This document shows positions 1 to 8,286 of a DNA stretch of 44,630 nt, piece after piece. The first letter of the stretch is position 1; each line of letters opens with the position of its first letter. The translations under genes and the position numbers were made by a program. The stretch is taken from NCBI GenBank assembly GCA_013817465.1, contig JACDCP010000001.1, positions 1 to 44,630 on the forward strand, given 5' to 3'. This stretch comes from Gammaproteobacteria bacterium (GTDB lineage Bacteria; Pseudomonadota; Gammaproteobacteria; Steroidobacterales; JACDCP01). A model generated the notes under the pieces. It was not told where the DNA came from, did not search any database, and saw nothing but the letters and a program-made list of their open reading frames with translations.

Positions 1-18
1 GGACTGAAACGTGCTCGC

Positions 19-1005
19 TCATGTCTGCTCCGGTGTTTCTCCGATCCGATCGATACGGGCACCCTCGCCCGGGGCGACGAGCATCGTCGCCGTCAGCGCC
101 GAGAACTTGTGCATCTTGACGTCACCGGTTTTGTAGATGAGCTCCGCCAGCGCCCCGCCGAGGAACAGAAAGCAGGCCAGCGATATGCACAGCACGCTGA
201 TGCTCGCGATCGTCAGGGAATAATCTCCACGATCGATCAGATAGTAGACGGTGAGCCCCAGGCAAAACATGCCTGCTATCGCAAAGGGCAATGACAAGGT
301 GGCGAACCAGAGCAGCGGCCGCGAAGCGAAGGACGCGATCGTCTTGATGGTGAGCAGATCGAGCAGCACCTTGTAAACCCGTGACAGACCGTATTTCGAC
401 TCGCCGAACTGCCGTGCATGATGGCGCACCTTGACCTCTGCGATATTCGGCCCGGCAACGGATGCCATCGCCGGAATGAAACGGTGCATTTCCGAGTACA
501 GGGGAACATTCCGGATCACCTGCGCCCGGAAGGCCTTCAGCGAGCAACCGTTGTCCTTGATCGGCACGCCAGTCACCTTGCCGATCAGCCAGTTCGCGAT
601 GCGCGACGGCACCTTGCGTGTCAGCAGCTTGTCCTGCCGGTCGAAGCGCCAGCCCACGACGATATCGGAGCCCTGACGGATCCGCTCGATGAACATCGGG
701 ATGTCGGCCGGATCGTTCTGCAGATCGCCGTCCATGGTGACTACGATCTCGCCGCGCGCATGATCGATGCCGGCAGCCATGGCCGGCGTCTGGCCGTAGT
801 TCCGGCGGAATTTAATGACGCGCAGCCGGGGGTCGCCGCGGGCGATTTCGGCAGCTACCGAAAACGTGCGATCGCTGCTGCCGTCGTCGACGAAAACGAC
901 TTCATAATCGAGGCCCAAAGGGCGTATCGCCTTCGAAATTGCCTCATACAGAAGCGCGACGCTCTCTTCCTCGTTATAAAACGGGACGACGACGGACAGA
1001 TCCAT
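19..1005 (-). CDS. GT2-family polyprenyl-phosphate glycosyltransferase (ArnC/GtrB/DPM1-like)
   Basis: 328-aa ORF. N-terminal GT-A motifs 'VVVPFYNEEESV', 'VVFVDDGSSDRT' and 'VTMDGDLQNDP' are followed by two C-terminal hydrophobic helices, the usual architecture of lipid-phosphate sugar transferases. Confidence 0.85.
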   Translation of the reverse strand: MDLSVVVPFYNEEESVALLYEAISKAIRPLGLDYEVVFVDDGSSDRTFSVAAEIARGDPRLRVIKFRRNYGQTPAMAAGIDHARGEIVVTMDGDLQNDPADIPMFIERIRQGSDIVVGWRFDRQDKLLTRKVPSRIANWLIGKVTGVPIKDNGCSLKAFRAQVIRNVPLYSEMHRFIPAMASVAGPNIAEVKVRHHARQFGESKYGLSRVYKVLLDLLTIKTIASFASRPLLWFATLSLPFAIAGMFCLGLTVYYLIDRGDYSLTIASISVLCISLACFLFLGGALAELIYKTGDVKMHKFSALTATMLVAPGEGARIDRIGETPEQT

Positions 1006-1182
1006 GAAAACGTTTCGCCTTTGACGACGGCAATCGAAGAGAATCCCGGAACCTCGCGAGTATACCCGCAGCCGGCGCGCTGCCCGCGTGACGCCGATCG
1101 CAGAACAAGGTATTTGAAACCGTTCGACTATGTCAAACGAGCCTGTCGAGGATCAGCCGCTCGATTTGACGGATCGCAGGAT

Positions 1183-2166
1183 TCACAGACCGATGCGCAG
1201 CCGCAGGTACATCTTGAGGCGAGCGAGCTGTTCGATCTGGCTTGGATAATTCGTGGCCATCGCCGCGATCTTGCGTGGCGGATGCTCGAGATAGATGCAG
1301 GCCAGGGCTTCAAGCCGTGACAAACGCGCGCTGGGGCAGGCTCGCTCGTATCCGTATGCCTCGAGATCCTCGCCCGCCACAGCTTCGAATATCCGGAGCT
1401 CGCGCCGGGATAACATCTGCCGCCATCTGCCTGTATTCTCCGTGAGCACACCTTTGACGAGATTGGCTCGATTACGGATATCCGCCGAGTAGTCGGCGTA
1501 CGACGGATCGGGACTGAGCATCTGCGGGAAGTATTCCACGGCGAGGAAATCACAAAGCTGCCGCACGACCGCTTCCGTGTCGCGCAGCAGGTCTTCGTAG
1601 CGTAGCTGGAAGAACTGCGCCCCGAGCCTCGTCTCGAGCCGCCGCGCAACCGCGAGATGTTGGGACCATCGCCGGGCGGCCGGGTGCACGTGCTTCGGCC
1701 CGAATCGCGCTTTCATCCACGAAACGGCGACGTCGCGTCCGTCACGAACGATATGCACGAAGCGCGCCGAAGGGAAACCTTCGAGGATATAGTCGGCGAA
1801 GAAAAGGTGGTGTGGCGTCTTCTCTCCCCAGCGCGACTTCCCCCGCGCCTCGGTCCACGCTTCCATGATTCCGGCAACGATCCCGTTCAGGTCGAAATGG
1901 CCGTTCGCTTCGATGCGCGCCAGGGCCTCTCGTCCGTCGACGGCCGGGATCCACCTCCTCAGTCGCGGGGTCGCCAGTATGTCGCGCAGAAGTCGTTCGC
2001 GGTTCCGGGGCCTGCGAAGATCGCCGTAGTGGGTAATCCAGGGCAGAAACGTATCGTAGAAGTGCGACTCTCGCGGCACTGCTATTGCGGGATGCCGGCC
2101 GATGATCCGGCTCATCAGCGACGTGCCGGAACGCGGCGCGCCAATGATGATGACCGGTGGCTCCAT
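1183..2166 (-). CDS. sulfotransferase family protein
   Basis: 327-aa ORF. It has a P-loop-like 5'-phosphosulfate-binding motif 'IIIGAPRSGTSLM' at the N-terminus and 'VHIVRDGRDVAVS' about 130 aa later. GAGG lies just upstream of the ATG at 2166. It is a close paralogue of the next gene. Confidence 0.85.
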   Translation of the reverse strand: MEPPVIIIGAPRSGTSLMSRIIGRHPAIAVPRESHFYDTFLPWITHYGDLRRPRNRERLLRDILATPRLRRWIPAVDGREALARIEANGHFDLNGIVAGIMEAWTEARGKSRWGEKTPHHLFFADYILEGFPSARFVHIVRDGRDVAVSWMKARFGPKHVHPAARRWSQHLAVARRLETRLGAQFFQLRYEDLLRDTEAVVRQLCDFLAVEYFPQMLSPDPSYADYSADIRNRANLVKGVLTENTGRWRQMLSRRELRIFEAVAGEDLEAYGYERACPSARLSRLEALACIYLEHPPRKIAAMATNYPSQIEQLARLKMYLRLRIGL

Positions 2167-2183
2167 CCTCGCTGACGTGGCGC

Positions 2184-3218
2184 TCAGAAACCGGCTCGCA
2201 GCCGCACATAGATCAGGGAGAGAACCGCCAGGTGCATCTGGCTTTTTCTGTTCTTCACCAGAGGCACGATTTTGCGCAGCGGATGCTCGATATATTTGTA
2301 GAACCTGCGTTGCGCAGCCGAAAGCCGCGGATTCCCGCAGACCCGATCATAGCCGTGTGCCTCCAGCTCCTTCCACGCCACTGCTTCGAATATCCTGAGC
2401 TCGCGCGGCGACAAGGCCCGCCGCCATTTTTCGGCGTTGCCGGCCATGATCGGCTTTGCCAGATTCGCATCGTTGCGCGCGTCGGTGGGATATCCCTCCT
2501 GCGAGCGATAAAACTTGAGCATGCCCGCGCTGTATTCCTCACCCAGAAAATCGCAGATGCGTCGCACCGTCATTTCGGCGTCGCGCAGCAGATCTTCGTA
2601 ACGCAGCTCGAAATACTGCGCCGGGCCGAGCTTCTCTTCGAGCTCGTGCGCTGCCTCGAGAACCTCCAGCCACCGTAAGGCCGCGGAATATACATGCTTC
2701 GGACCGAACACTGCCTTTTTCCAGGAGACGGCCACATCGCGTCCATCGCGCACGATGTGGATGAACTGCGCCTGCGGAAAATCCTCCAGGATCCGGTCCG
2801 CGAGGAAGAGATGCGCCGGCGTCTTTTCGCCCCAGCGCCGTTTTCCCTGCCCTCTGCACCAGGCCTCCATGATCCCGGCGACAATCCCCCCGAAATCGAA
2901 CCGGCCGTTGGCCTCGATCCGCTCCAGCGCGGCCTGCCTGTCGACACGGGGCAGCCAGTTTCGCAGCACGTCGGTTTGCAGAATGTCGCGTACCAGCCGT
3001 TCGCGGTTCCTGCGCGCGCCCAGATCGCCATAGTGGCGGAGCCAGGGCACGAAGGTCTTGTAGAAATACGATTCGTAGGGGACGGCAATCCCCGGGTGAT
3101 TGCCGATGATCTGGCTGATGAGCGACGTGCCCGAGCGGGGCGTGCCGACGAAAAAGATCGGCGATTCCATTCCCTTGACGGTTGATTTGTCGAAGGCCCC
3201 TTCCATCACGCTCCGCAT
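2184..3218 (-). CDS. sulfotransferase family protein (tandem paralogue)
   Basis: 344-aa ORF with 'FFVGTPRSGTSLI' and 'IHIVRDGRDVAVS', collinear with 1183..2166 over its whole length. The start is uncertain: ATG at 3218, ATG at 3206 (preceded by GGAG-N4) or ATG at 3170 (which aligns with the paralogue's start). Confidence 0.85.
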   Translation of the reverse strand: MRSVMEGAFDKSTVKGMESPIFFVGTPRSGTSLISQIIGNHPGIAVPYESYFYKTFVPWLRHYGDLGARRNRERLVRDILQTDVLRNWLPRVDRQAALERIEANGRFDFGGIVAGIMEAWCRGQGKRRWGEKTPAHLFLADRILEDFPQAQFIHIVRDGRDVAVSWKKAVFGPKHVYSAALRWLEVLEAAHELEEKLGPAQYFELRYEDLLRDAEMTVRRICDFLGEEYSAGMLKFYRSQEGYPTDARNDANLAKPIMAGNAEKWRRALSPRELRIFEAVAWKELEAHGYDRVCGNPRLSAAQRRFYKYIEHPLRKIVPLVKNRKSQMHLAVLSLIYVRLRAGF

Positions 3219-3317
3219 GGTTACCGCTGTGCTGGATATATACTACACTCCGATCTTGCCATGGATTGCCCCGCGTTTCAGACTCCTCCCGGCTGCTCGC
3301 CGGGGCGGCCGTAAAGG

Positions 3318-4346
3318 ATGCGCATGAACAGTTTCTGGGACGGCCGCACTGCCCTCGTCACCGGCGCCGGCGGATTCACGGGCCGGCACCTCGCCACTGA
3401 GCTGAAGCGACGCGGAGCAAAAGTCAGGGCTTTCATCCGGGAAGGCTCGTCATCGGATTTCGAATCGGCGATCGAGATCTTTTCCGGCGATCTGCTCAGC
3501 GACGATGACTGTCATCGCGCCATGCAGGGAATGGATACGATTTTTCACGTTGCGGCTGTCTTCCGTCGCGTTTCGACGACAACGGAAGAGCTGCGCCGGA
3601 TTCATGTGAACGCCACGGAGCACTTGTTGCGGGCGGCCAAAGAAGCCGGCGCGCGGCGTTTCGTGCACACCAGCACGATCGGCGTGCACGGCGGGCTCAA
3701 GGTCGATCGAGCCGATGAGCAGGGTGAATTCAGCCCGAGTGACGATTACCAACTCACCAAGCTCGAGGGCGAGCAACTCGTCAGCCGGCTGGCGCCCGAG
3801 CTCGGCGTGCCGTACAGCATCATTCGTCCCTGCGCGATCTACGGTCCCGGCGATACGCGCTTCCTCAAATTCATCAAGCCGATCAGCCGCGGCATGTTCG
3901 TCATGGTCGGTCCCGGCGAGGTGCACGGTCACTTCGTCTATATCGACGATCTGGTGGAGGGCTTCCTGCTGGCCGGCGAGAAGGAAGAGGCCTGCGGCGA
4001 GACCTTCATCATCGGCGGCATGCGCAGCCACAGCCTGAACGAGTTTGCGCGCACGGTGGCGGACATCTGCGACGTGCGGCGTTCCGGCATCAGGGTGCCG
4101 GTCTGGCCCGTATACGCGGCCAGTGTCGTGTGCGAGAAAATCTGCAAGCTCATCGGCGTGGAGCCGCCGCTGCATCCGCGCCGCGTGGCCTTCTTCACCA
4201 AGCACCGCTCCTTCTCGATCGCCAAGGCCCGCAGGCTGCTCGGCTACGAGCCGAAGACGGATCTCGAGACCGGGATGAGACGCCTGATCCTCTGGTTCCG
4301 GCAGCAGGGCTACATGCACACGATCCTGGTGCTGGTCGGGATGTAG
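3318..4346 (+). CDS. NAD-dependent epimerase/dehydratase (extended SDR)
   Basis: 342-aa ORF with the Rossmann motif 'ALVTGAGGFTGRHL' and the catalytic YxxxK 'YQLTK'. Its stop codon TAG at 4344-4346 lies 2 nt before the palindromic element. Confidence 0.85.
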   Translation: MRMNSFWDGRTALVTGAGGFTGRHLATELKRRGAKVRAFIREGSSSDFESAIEIFSGDLLSDDDCHRAMQGMDTIFHVAAVFRRVSTTTEELRRIHVNATEHLLRAAKEAGARRFVHTSTIGVHGGLKVDRADEQGEFSPSDDYQLTKLEGEQLVSRLAPELGVPYSIIRPCAIYGPGDTRFLKFIKPISRGMFVMVGPGEVHGHFVYIDDLVEGFLLAGEKEEACGETFIIGGMRSHSLNEFARTVADICDVRRSGIRVPVWPVYAASVVCEKICKLIGVEPPLHPRRVAFFTKHRSFSIAKARRLLGYEPKTDLETGMRRLILWFRQQGYMHTILVLVGM

Positions 4347-4348
4347 TC

Positions 4349-4401
4349 AAAATGGGGACATTCCTGATTTTCGTTTCGAAAATCAGGAATGTCCCCATTT
4401 T
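4349..4401. repeat. palindromic REP/BIME-like element, copy 1 (perfect 25-bp stem, 3-nt loop)
   Basis: AAAATGGGGACATTCCTGATTTTCG (4349-4373) is the exact reverse complement of 4377-4401. It lies between convergent genes, and the methyltransferase stop codon (4383-4385) is inside the right arm. It could act as a bidirectional terminator hairpin. Confidence 0.9.
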
Positions 4402-5120
4402 CGGTCAGCGCGCAGGATGACCGGGGAGCCGAGCAGATGCGTCAGGCCGACTGCCCGTGAGGCCGTGTCGGCCGCGCGCACGACAGCGTTTGCGTCGAGC
4501 GCGCGATGGACGAACATCGGCAGAAAGAACTGCTTGCTGGCTCGCGCCGGCGCGAAGCCGTGCTCCGCCAGAACGCCCGCCAGTTCCCCGGCCGTGAAGC
4601 TCGTGTACGTGCGGGTATTCCCTTCGATGCGTTTCTTGAGCGCGAACAGCAGCGGCGTCAGCGCGTTCAGGCTCCACTTGCTCGGGTAGTCCACGACCAG
4701 CGACCGCGACGACACGCGAGCGAATTCGGCCAGCAGCCGTGGCCAGCGCTCGATGTGCGACAGCAGCCGCACCGATATGACCAGATCGAAGGCCTGATTC
4801 GGGTACGGTAAAGCGAGCAGGTTTCCCACGTCCTGACGGACATTTACGTGTGGGTGGATGCCTCTGAAGCGCTCGTAGCATCGCTCGTCGCTGCTCAATA
4901 TCGTCACGTCGTAGTTGCGCTTCAGCAGCAGCTCGGTGAGCTGGCCATGGCCGCCTCCGACGTCGAGCACCGACCTGCCGTCGAAATCGCTCAGCACGTC
5001 TTCGATGGCGGCCGTCTGTGTGTCGAGGAAGTACTGCCCCGCGCGCCCCTGGAAGCGGGAGGCATAGTCAGCCGAGGCGGTCTCGATATCCGGGGTCTCC
5101 GGCGTTTCTTCTTCTTGCAT
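4383..5120 (-). CDS. class I SAM-dependent methyltransferase
   Basis: 245-aa ORF with SAM-binding motif I 'VLDVGGGHGQLT' and a downstream acidic loop 'VTILSSDE'. The last codons (RKWGHS-stop) are encoded by the palindromic element. Confidence 0.8.
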   Translation of the reverse strand: MQEEETPETPDIETASADYASRFQGRAGQYFLDTQTAAIEDVLSDFDGRSVLDVGGGHGQLTELLLKRNYDVTILSSDERCYERFRGIHPHVNVRQDVGNLLALPYPNQAFDLVISVRLLSHIERWPRLLAEFARVSSRSLVVDYPSKWSLNALTPLLFALKKRIEGNTRTYTSFTAGELAGVLAEHGFAPARASKQFFLPMFVHRALDANAVVRAADTASRAVGLTHLLGSPVILRADRKWGHS

Positions 5121-5140
5121 GGACGGCTCGCCTCAGGAGC

Positions 5141-5226
5141 AAATGGGGACATTCCTGATTTTCGTCTCGAAAGGAGAAAATGGGGACATTCCTGATTTCC
5201 GAAAAAATCAGGAATGTCCCCATTTT
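5141..5226. repeat. palindromic REP/BIME-like element, copy 2 (two direct left arms plus one right arm)
   Basis: Left-arm sequence AAATGGGGACATTCCTGATTTTCG lies at 5141-5164. A second left arm at 5177-5198 pairs with the right arm at 5205-5226 (22 bp). The last nucleotide overlaps the ACP stop codon (5226-5228). Confidence 0.9.
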
Positions 5227-5477
5227 CAGGCTGTCTCGGATTGCTCGGAAGTGTGCCGATCGACGACTTCCCTGATCTTGCCGATGCTTTCCAGGGACTG
5301 AATCTCCCGCATGGAGAGCTTGATGCGGAACGCCTGCTCGAGCGCCGTGATGAGCCGGAAATGATTGAGCGAATCCCAGCGGTCGACGGTCTCTGGTGTG
5401 AGATCGTCGGACAGGCTGGATTCGTCCACCTCGAAAACTTCCGCTATGATCTGCTCAACAGTCCTATGCATCTTCAC
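5226..5477 (-). CDS. acyl/peptidyl carrier protein
   Basis: 83-aa acidic ORF with the phosphopantetheine attachment motif 'DRWDSLNHFRLITALE' (DSL). AAGGAA lies upstream of the ATG. Confidence 0.8.
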   Translation of the reverse strand: MKMHRTVEQIIAEVFEVDESSLSDDLTPETVDRWDSLNHFRLITALEQAFRIKLSMREIQSLESIGKIREVVDRHTSEQSETA

Positions 5478-5608
5478 GTTCCTTCGCCGTCGCGAAGCAC
5501 ATCCTGGGCCGATGAAGCCTGCCTCGCAAATTATGCAGAAACCGCCGTCTGCCGTGATGTTAAGTCTGTCACAAGACCGCGCGGCCTTCTACATGAACGG
5601 CGATTAGC

Positions 5609-6562
5609 ATGAGCCGCTTGATAGTGATCGGCAACGGGACCCTGGCCATGGATTGCCTGGCTATGCTGCACGATCGGCCAGCCGCCGAAATCGTGCTGGT
5701 CGTGTACGATCAGCGGGAGCGTTCCATCGGCGGCGGCGTCGCGGCTTGGTGCAAAAACCACAGCGTGGCCGTGCTGCCGGTAGAGAAAAACATCAATGCG
5801 CCGGAGGTCCTGCAAGGGATCACGGCGCTCGAACCCGACCTGATCTTCAATATCAACAGCTTCTTCATCTTCCGCGACGAGCTGCTCGCGGTCGCGAAAG
5901 GCGGCATGGTGAACTTTCACAATGCCCCGCTGCCGAGATTCCGCGGCGTGCACTCACCGTCCTGGGCCATCATCACTGGCGCGACCGACTACGGCGTCAC
6001 CTGGCACTTCATCGACAAAGGAATCGACACGGGTGACATCATCGCCCAGCGGCCGGTCGAAATCAGCGACGACGAAACCGCGCTCAGCCTGACGATCAAG
6101 TGCATGCTGGCGGGCAAGGCGCTGTTCGCAGAATTCATCGACGATTTGCTCGCGGGGGACTTCACGCGCACGCCCCAGTCCGGCCCCGGCTCGTATTACT
6201 CGCTGCGGGATACGCCGAATGGCGGCTATATCGACTTCAGCGACGACTGCAAGATCATCGACCGGGTCGTGCGCGGCCTCGATTTCGGCCCGGCGACCAA
6301 TACCTTCGTGCACGCGAAAACGCGTTTCCGCGAGCGCGATTTCATCGTCAGCCGCGTAAGCTGTAGACCGCAGGCAGCAACGAAACCGCCGGGCACTGCG
6401 CTCAGCACCGACGCCGGGCGGCTGGAGGTTGCGGCAGGTGACGGGATCGTGTCGATAGAAGACGTGCGGTCGGCCGACGGTGAGCCGCTCACGGTATCCG
6501 GGCTTATCGACAAACTGGGCATTCGCCCGAACGATCGCCTGGAGAACGTACGCGTGAGCTGA
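5609..6562 (+). CDS. formyltransferase-family protein (Fmt / ArnA N-terminal domain-like)
   Basis: 317-aa ORF. 'NFHNAPLPRFRGVHSPSWAIITG' matches the N-x-H-x-S-LLP-x-x-RG formyltransferase core, and 'IDKGIDTGDIIAQ' supplies the catalytic Asp region. A C-terminal beta-barrel-like extension follows. Confidence 0.8.
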   Translation: MSRLIVIGNGTLAMDCLAMLHDRPAAEIVLVVYDQRERSIGGGVAAWCKNHSVAVLPVEKNINAPEVLQGITALEPDLIFNINSFFIFRDELLAVAKGGMVNFHNAPLPRFRGVHSPSWAIITGATDYGVTWHFIDKGIDTGDIIAQRPVEISDDETALSLTIKCMLAGKALFAEFIDDLLAGDFTRTPQSGPGSYYSLRDTPNGGYIDFSDDCKIIDRVVRGLDFGPATNTFVHAKTRFRERDFIVSRVSCRPQAATKPPGTALSTDAGRLEVAAGDGIVSIEDVRSADGEPLTVSGLIDKLGIRPNDRLENVRVS

Positions 6563-6638
6563 AATCCCCTGCCGCAAACCGGCCACGAGGAAAACTCCTC
6601 GCTACCGAACGTCATGCAGATAACCGCGCCGATGAGCG

Positions 6639-6724
6639 GGAAAATGGGGACATTCCTGATTTTCCGTGAGATGTTCTTCGGCTAAGCAAGGGCATCCGGA
6701 AAATCAGGAATGTCCCCATTTTCC
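6639..6724. repeat. palindromic REP/BIME-like element, copy 3 (perfect 27-bp arms, 32-nt spacer)
   Basis: GGAAAATGGGGACATTCCTGATTTTCC at 6639-6665 is the exact reverse complement of 6698-6724. It lies between the convergent formyltransferase and ligase genes. Confidence 0.9.
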
Positions 6725-6753
6725 TCTCGCGCGGTGGCCTGCCACAACAAGCA

Positions 6754-8286
6754 TCAACGCTGCGCGATTTCGGCAAGGGCCTGGCGGTCGATCTTGCCGT
6801 TCAGATTCAGCGGCATGTGGTCGATGCTTTGAATGACCCGCGGCTGCATGTACGCCGGCAGCTTGCGTTGCAGATATTCGGCGAGCGCGTCGCCGACGTC
6901 CTCGTAATCCTCGATGAAAAGGTGCAGCCCGCTCGTGCCCTCTTTGTTGGGGACGGCAATGACGGCAGCCTGAGCGCGACCCGCGAACTCCCGCGCGTGA
7001 TGCTCGATCTCACCGAGCTCGACGCGATGGCCGTCGATCTTGACCTGGAAATCCGCCCGCCCGCAGTAGATGAATTTATTCGCTGCGTTGACGAAGCAGA
7101 TATCCCCGGTGCGATAAGCCTTGCCTCCCGTAACCCCTTCGATATCGACGAAGGCCGCAGCGGTCTTTTCCGGATCGCGCCAGTAATGATCGGTGACCTG
7201 GGGCCCTTGCAGGCACAGTTCTCCCATCTCTCCCTGCGCCACCGGCACATTGCCCTCATCGACGACGTACGCGCTCACGTCCGGCATCGGCCGGCCGATA
7301 GCCACGATGCCGTTGACGGCTTCCGCCCGCGCCGATTCGGCTTCCCAGTCGTAGACCAGGCAGTAGATCGTCGCTTCAGTGGGCCCGTAAACGTTCTGGA
7401 TTCGCGCATTCGGCACGCATTTCGACCAGCCCTCGACCAGCCCCTGCGGCAAGGCTTCGCCGCAGAACTGGCTGTGGCGTAAAGCGGGCAACTCGATCTC
7501 GTCGAAGAAGCGTTCGAGGTACGCGAGCGCCGAAGGCACCATGAGGGCCACCGTCAGCTCATGCTCCTGCAGCAGCGTGACGATGTTCATCCAGGCGATG
7601 CCCTTCTCCGGGAGCACATAGCAGCAGGCGCCGATGCACAGAGGCGCGAACAGCGATACCACCGACAGGTCGAACGTCAGCTCGAACATCTGCAGGAACC
7701 GATCCTCCTTCCGGTAATCGCCGATTTCCGGATCGAGAACGACGTCCATGAAGCTGTTGAGATTGCGGTGGTAGATTGGCACGCCTTTCGGCCGCCCGGT
7801 GCTGCCGGAAGTAAAAAACAGGTAGGCCAGGGAATCGGTGTGTATGTCCGCTAGATCCAGGCTGCTGCTGGCGCGCGAATCGGAGTCCAGCCGCCGCGTG
7901 CGCATGACTTCGATATCCACAGGCAGGGCATGCTCGATGTGCCCGGCACTCTCCTGTCGACCGCTGGCCAGCACCACCTCGAGCCCGGCATCCTCGATGA
8001 TCCGGGCATTGCGGTCCTGCGGATGCTTGTTGTTGAGCGGCACATAGGCCGAGCCGTTCGCCAGGATTGCAAGGATGGAGGCATAGGTGGCGGCGTCATC
8101 CCCGGTCAGCACGCCGATGCGCCGCTGATCGGCAAACCCCGACTCCACGAGGCCGTTGCGTATGCCCTGCGCGAGCGCCGAAAGCTCGCGATACGTGTAA
8201 TGTCGCCCATCCGCATACAGCGCATGGCGCTCGGGGAAAAATTTCGCCACTTCGGCGAACTGGTGAATGACCGTCCTGATCGGCAT
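6754..8286 (-). CDS. DltA-like amino-acid adenylating enzyme (AMP-binding, carrier-protein ligase)
   Basis: The listed 971-aa ORF is trimmed to the ATG at 8286 ('MPIRTVIHQFAEV'). Motifs present are 'AYVPLN', 'LAYLFFTSGSTGRPKGV', 'TFDLSVVSLF', 'NVYGPTEATI', 'YRTGD' and 'GRADFQVKIDGHRVELGEIE'. The start overlaps the upstream stop codon (ATGA at 8284-8288). Confidence 0.85.
   Translation of the reverse strand: MPIRTVIHQFAEVAKFFPERHALYADGRHYTYRELSALAQGIRNGLVESGFADQRRIGVLTGDDAATYASILAILANGSAYVPLNNKHPQDRNARIIEDAGLEVVLASGRQESAGHIEHALPVDIEVMRTRRLDSDSRASSSLDLADIHTDSLAYLFFTSGSTGRPKGVPIYHRNLNSFMDVVLDPEIGDYRKEDRFLQMFELTFDLSVVSLFAPLCIGACCYVLPEKGIAWMNIVTLLQEHELTVALMVPSALAYLERFFDEIELPALRHSQFCGEALPQGLVEGWSKCVPNARIQNVYGPTEATIYCLVYDWEAESARAEAVNGIVAIGRPMPDVSAYVVDEGNVPVAQGEMGELCLQGPQVTDHYWRDPEKTAAAFVDIEGVTGGKAYRTGDICFVNAANKFIYCGRADFQVKIDGHRVELGEIEHHAREFAGRAQAAVIAVPNKEGTSGLHLFIEDYEDVGDALAEYLQRKLPAYMQPRVIQSIDHMPLNLNGKIDRQALAEIAQR

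Noticed and set aside
418-1320. Long antisense or shadow ORFs, for example 418..1320, 3450..4319, 8304..9410, 10097..11230, 14636..15445, 15683..16423, 28262..28909 and 38267..39271
   Set aside because: Each lies opposite, or out of frame with, a gene that has clear family motifs. Their translations are Arg/Ala/Gly/Pro-rich with no motifs, as expected from high-GC shadow frames.
19-6562. An Arn (L-Ara4N lipid A modification) pathway, from the ArnC-like GT2, the SDR, the formyltransferase and the distant ArnT-like gene
   Set aside because: No ArnB-type aminotransferase, ArnD deformylase or ArnE/F flippase is seen. The formyltransferase is not fused to a decarboxylase and sits with a carrier protein and ligase. 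The genes are embedded in an EPS export locus.
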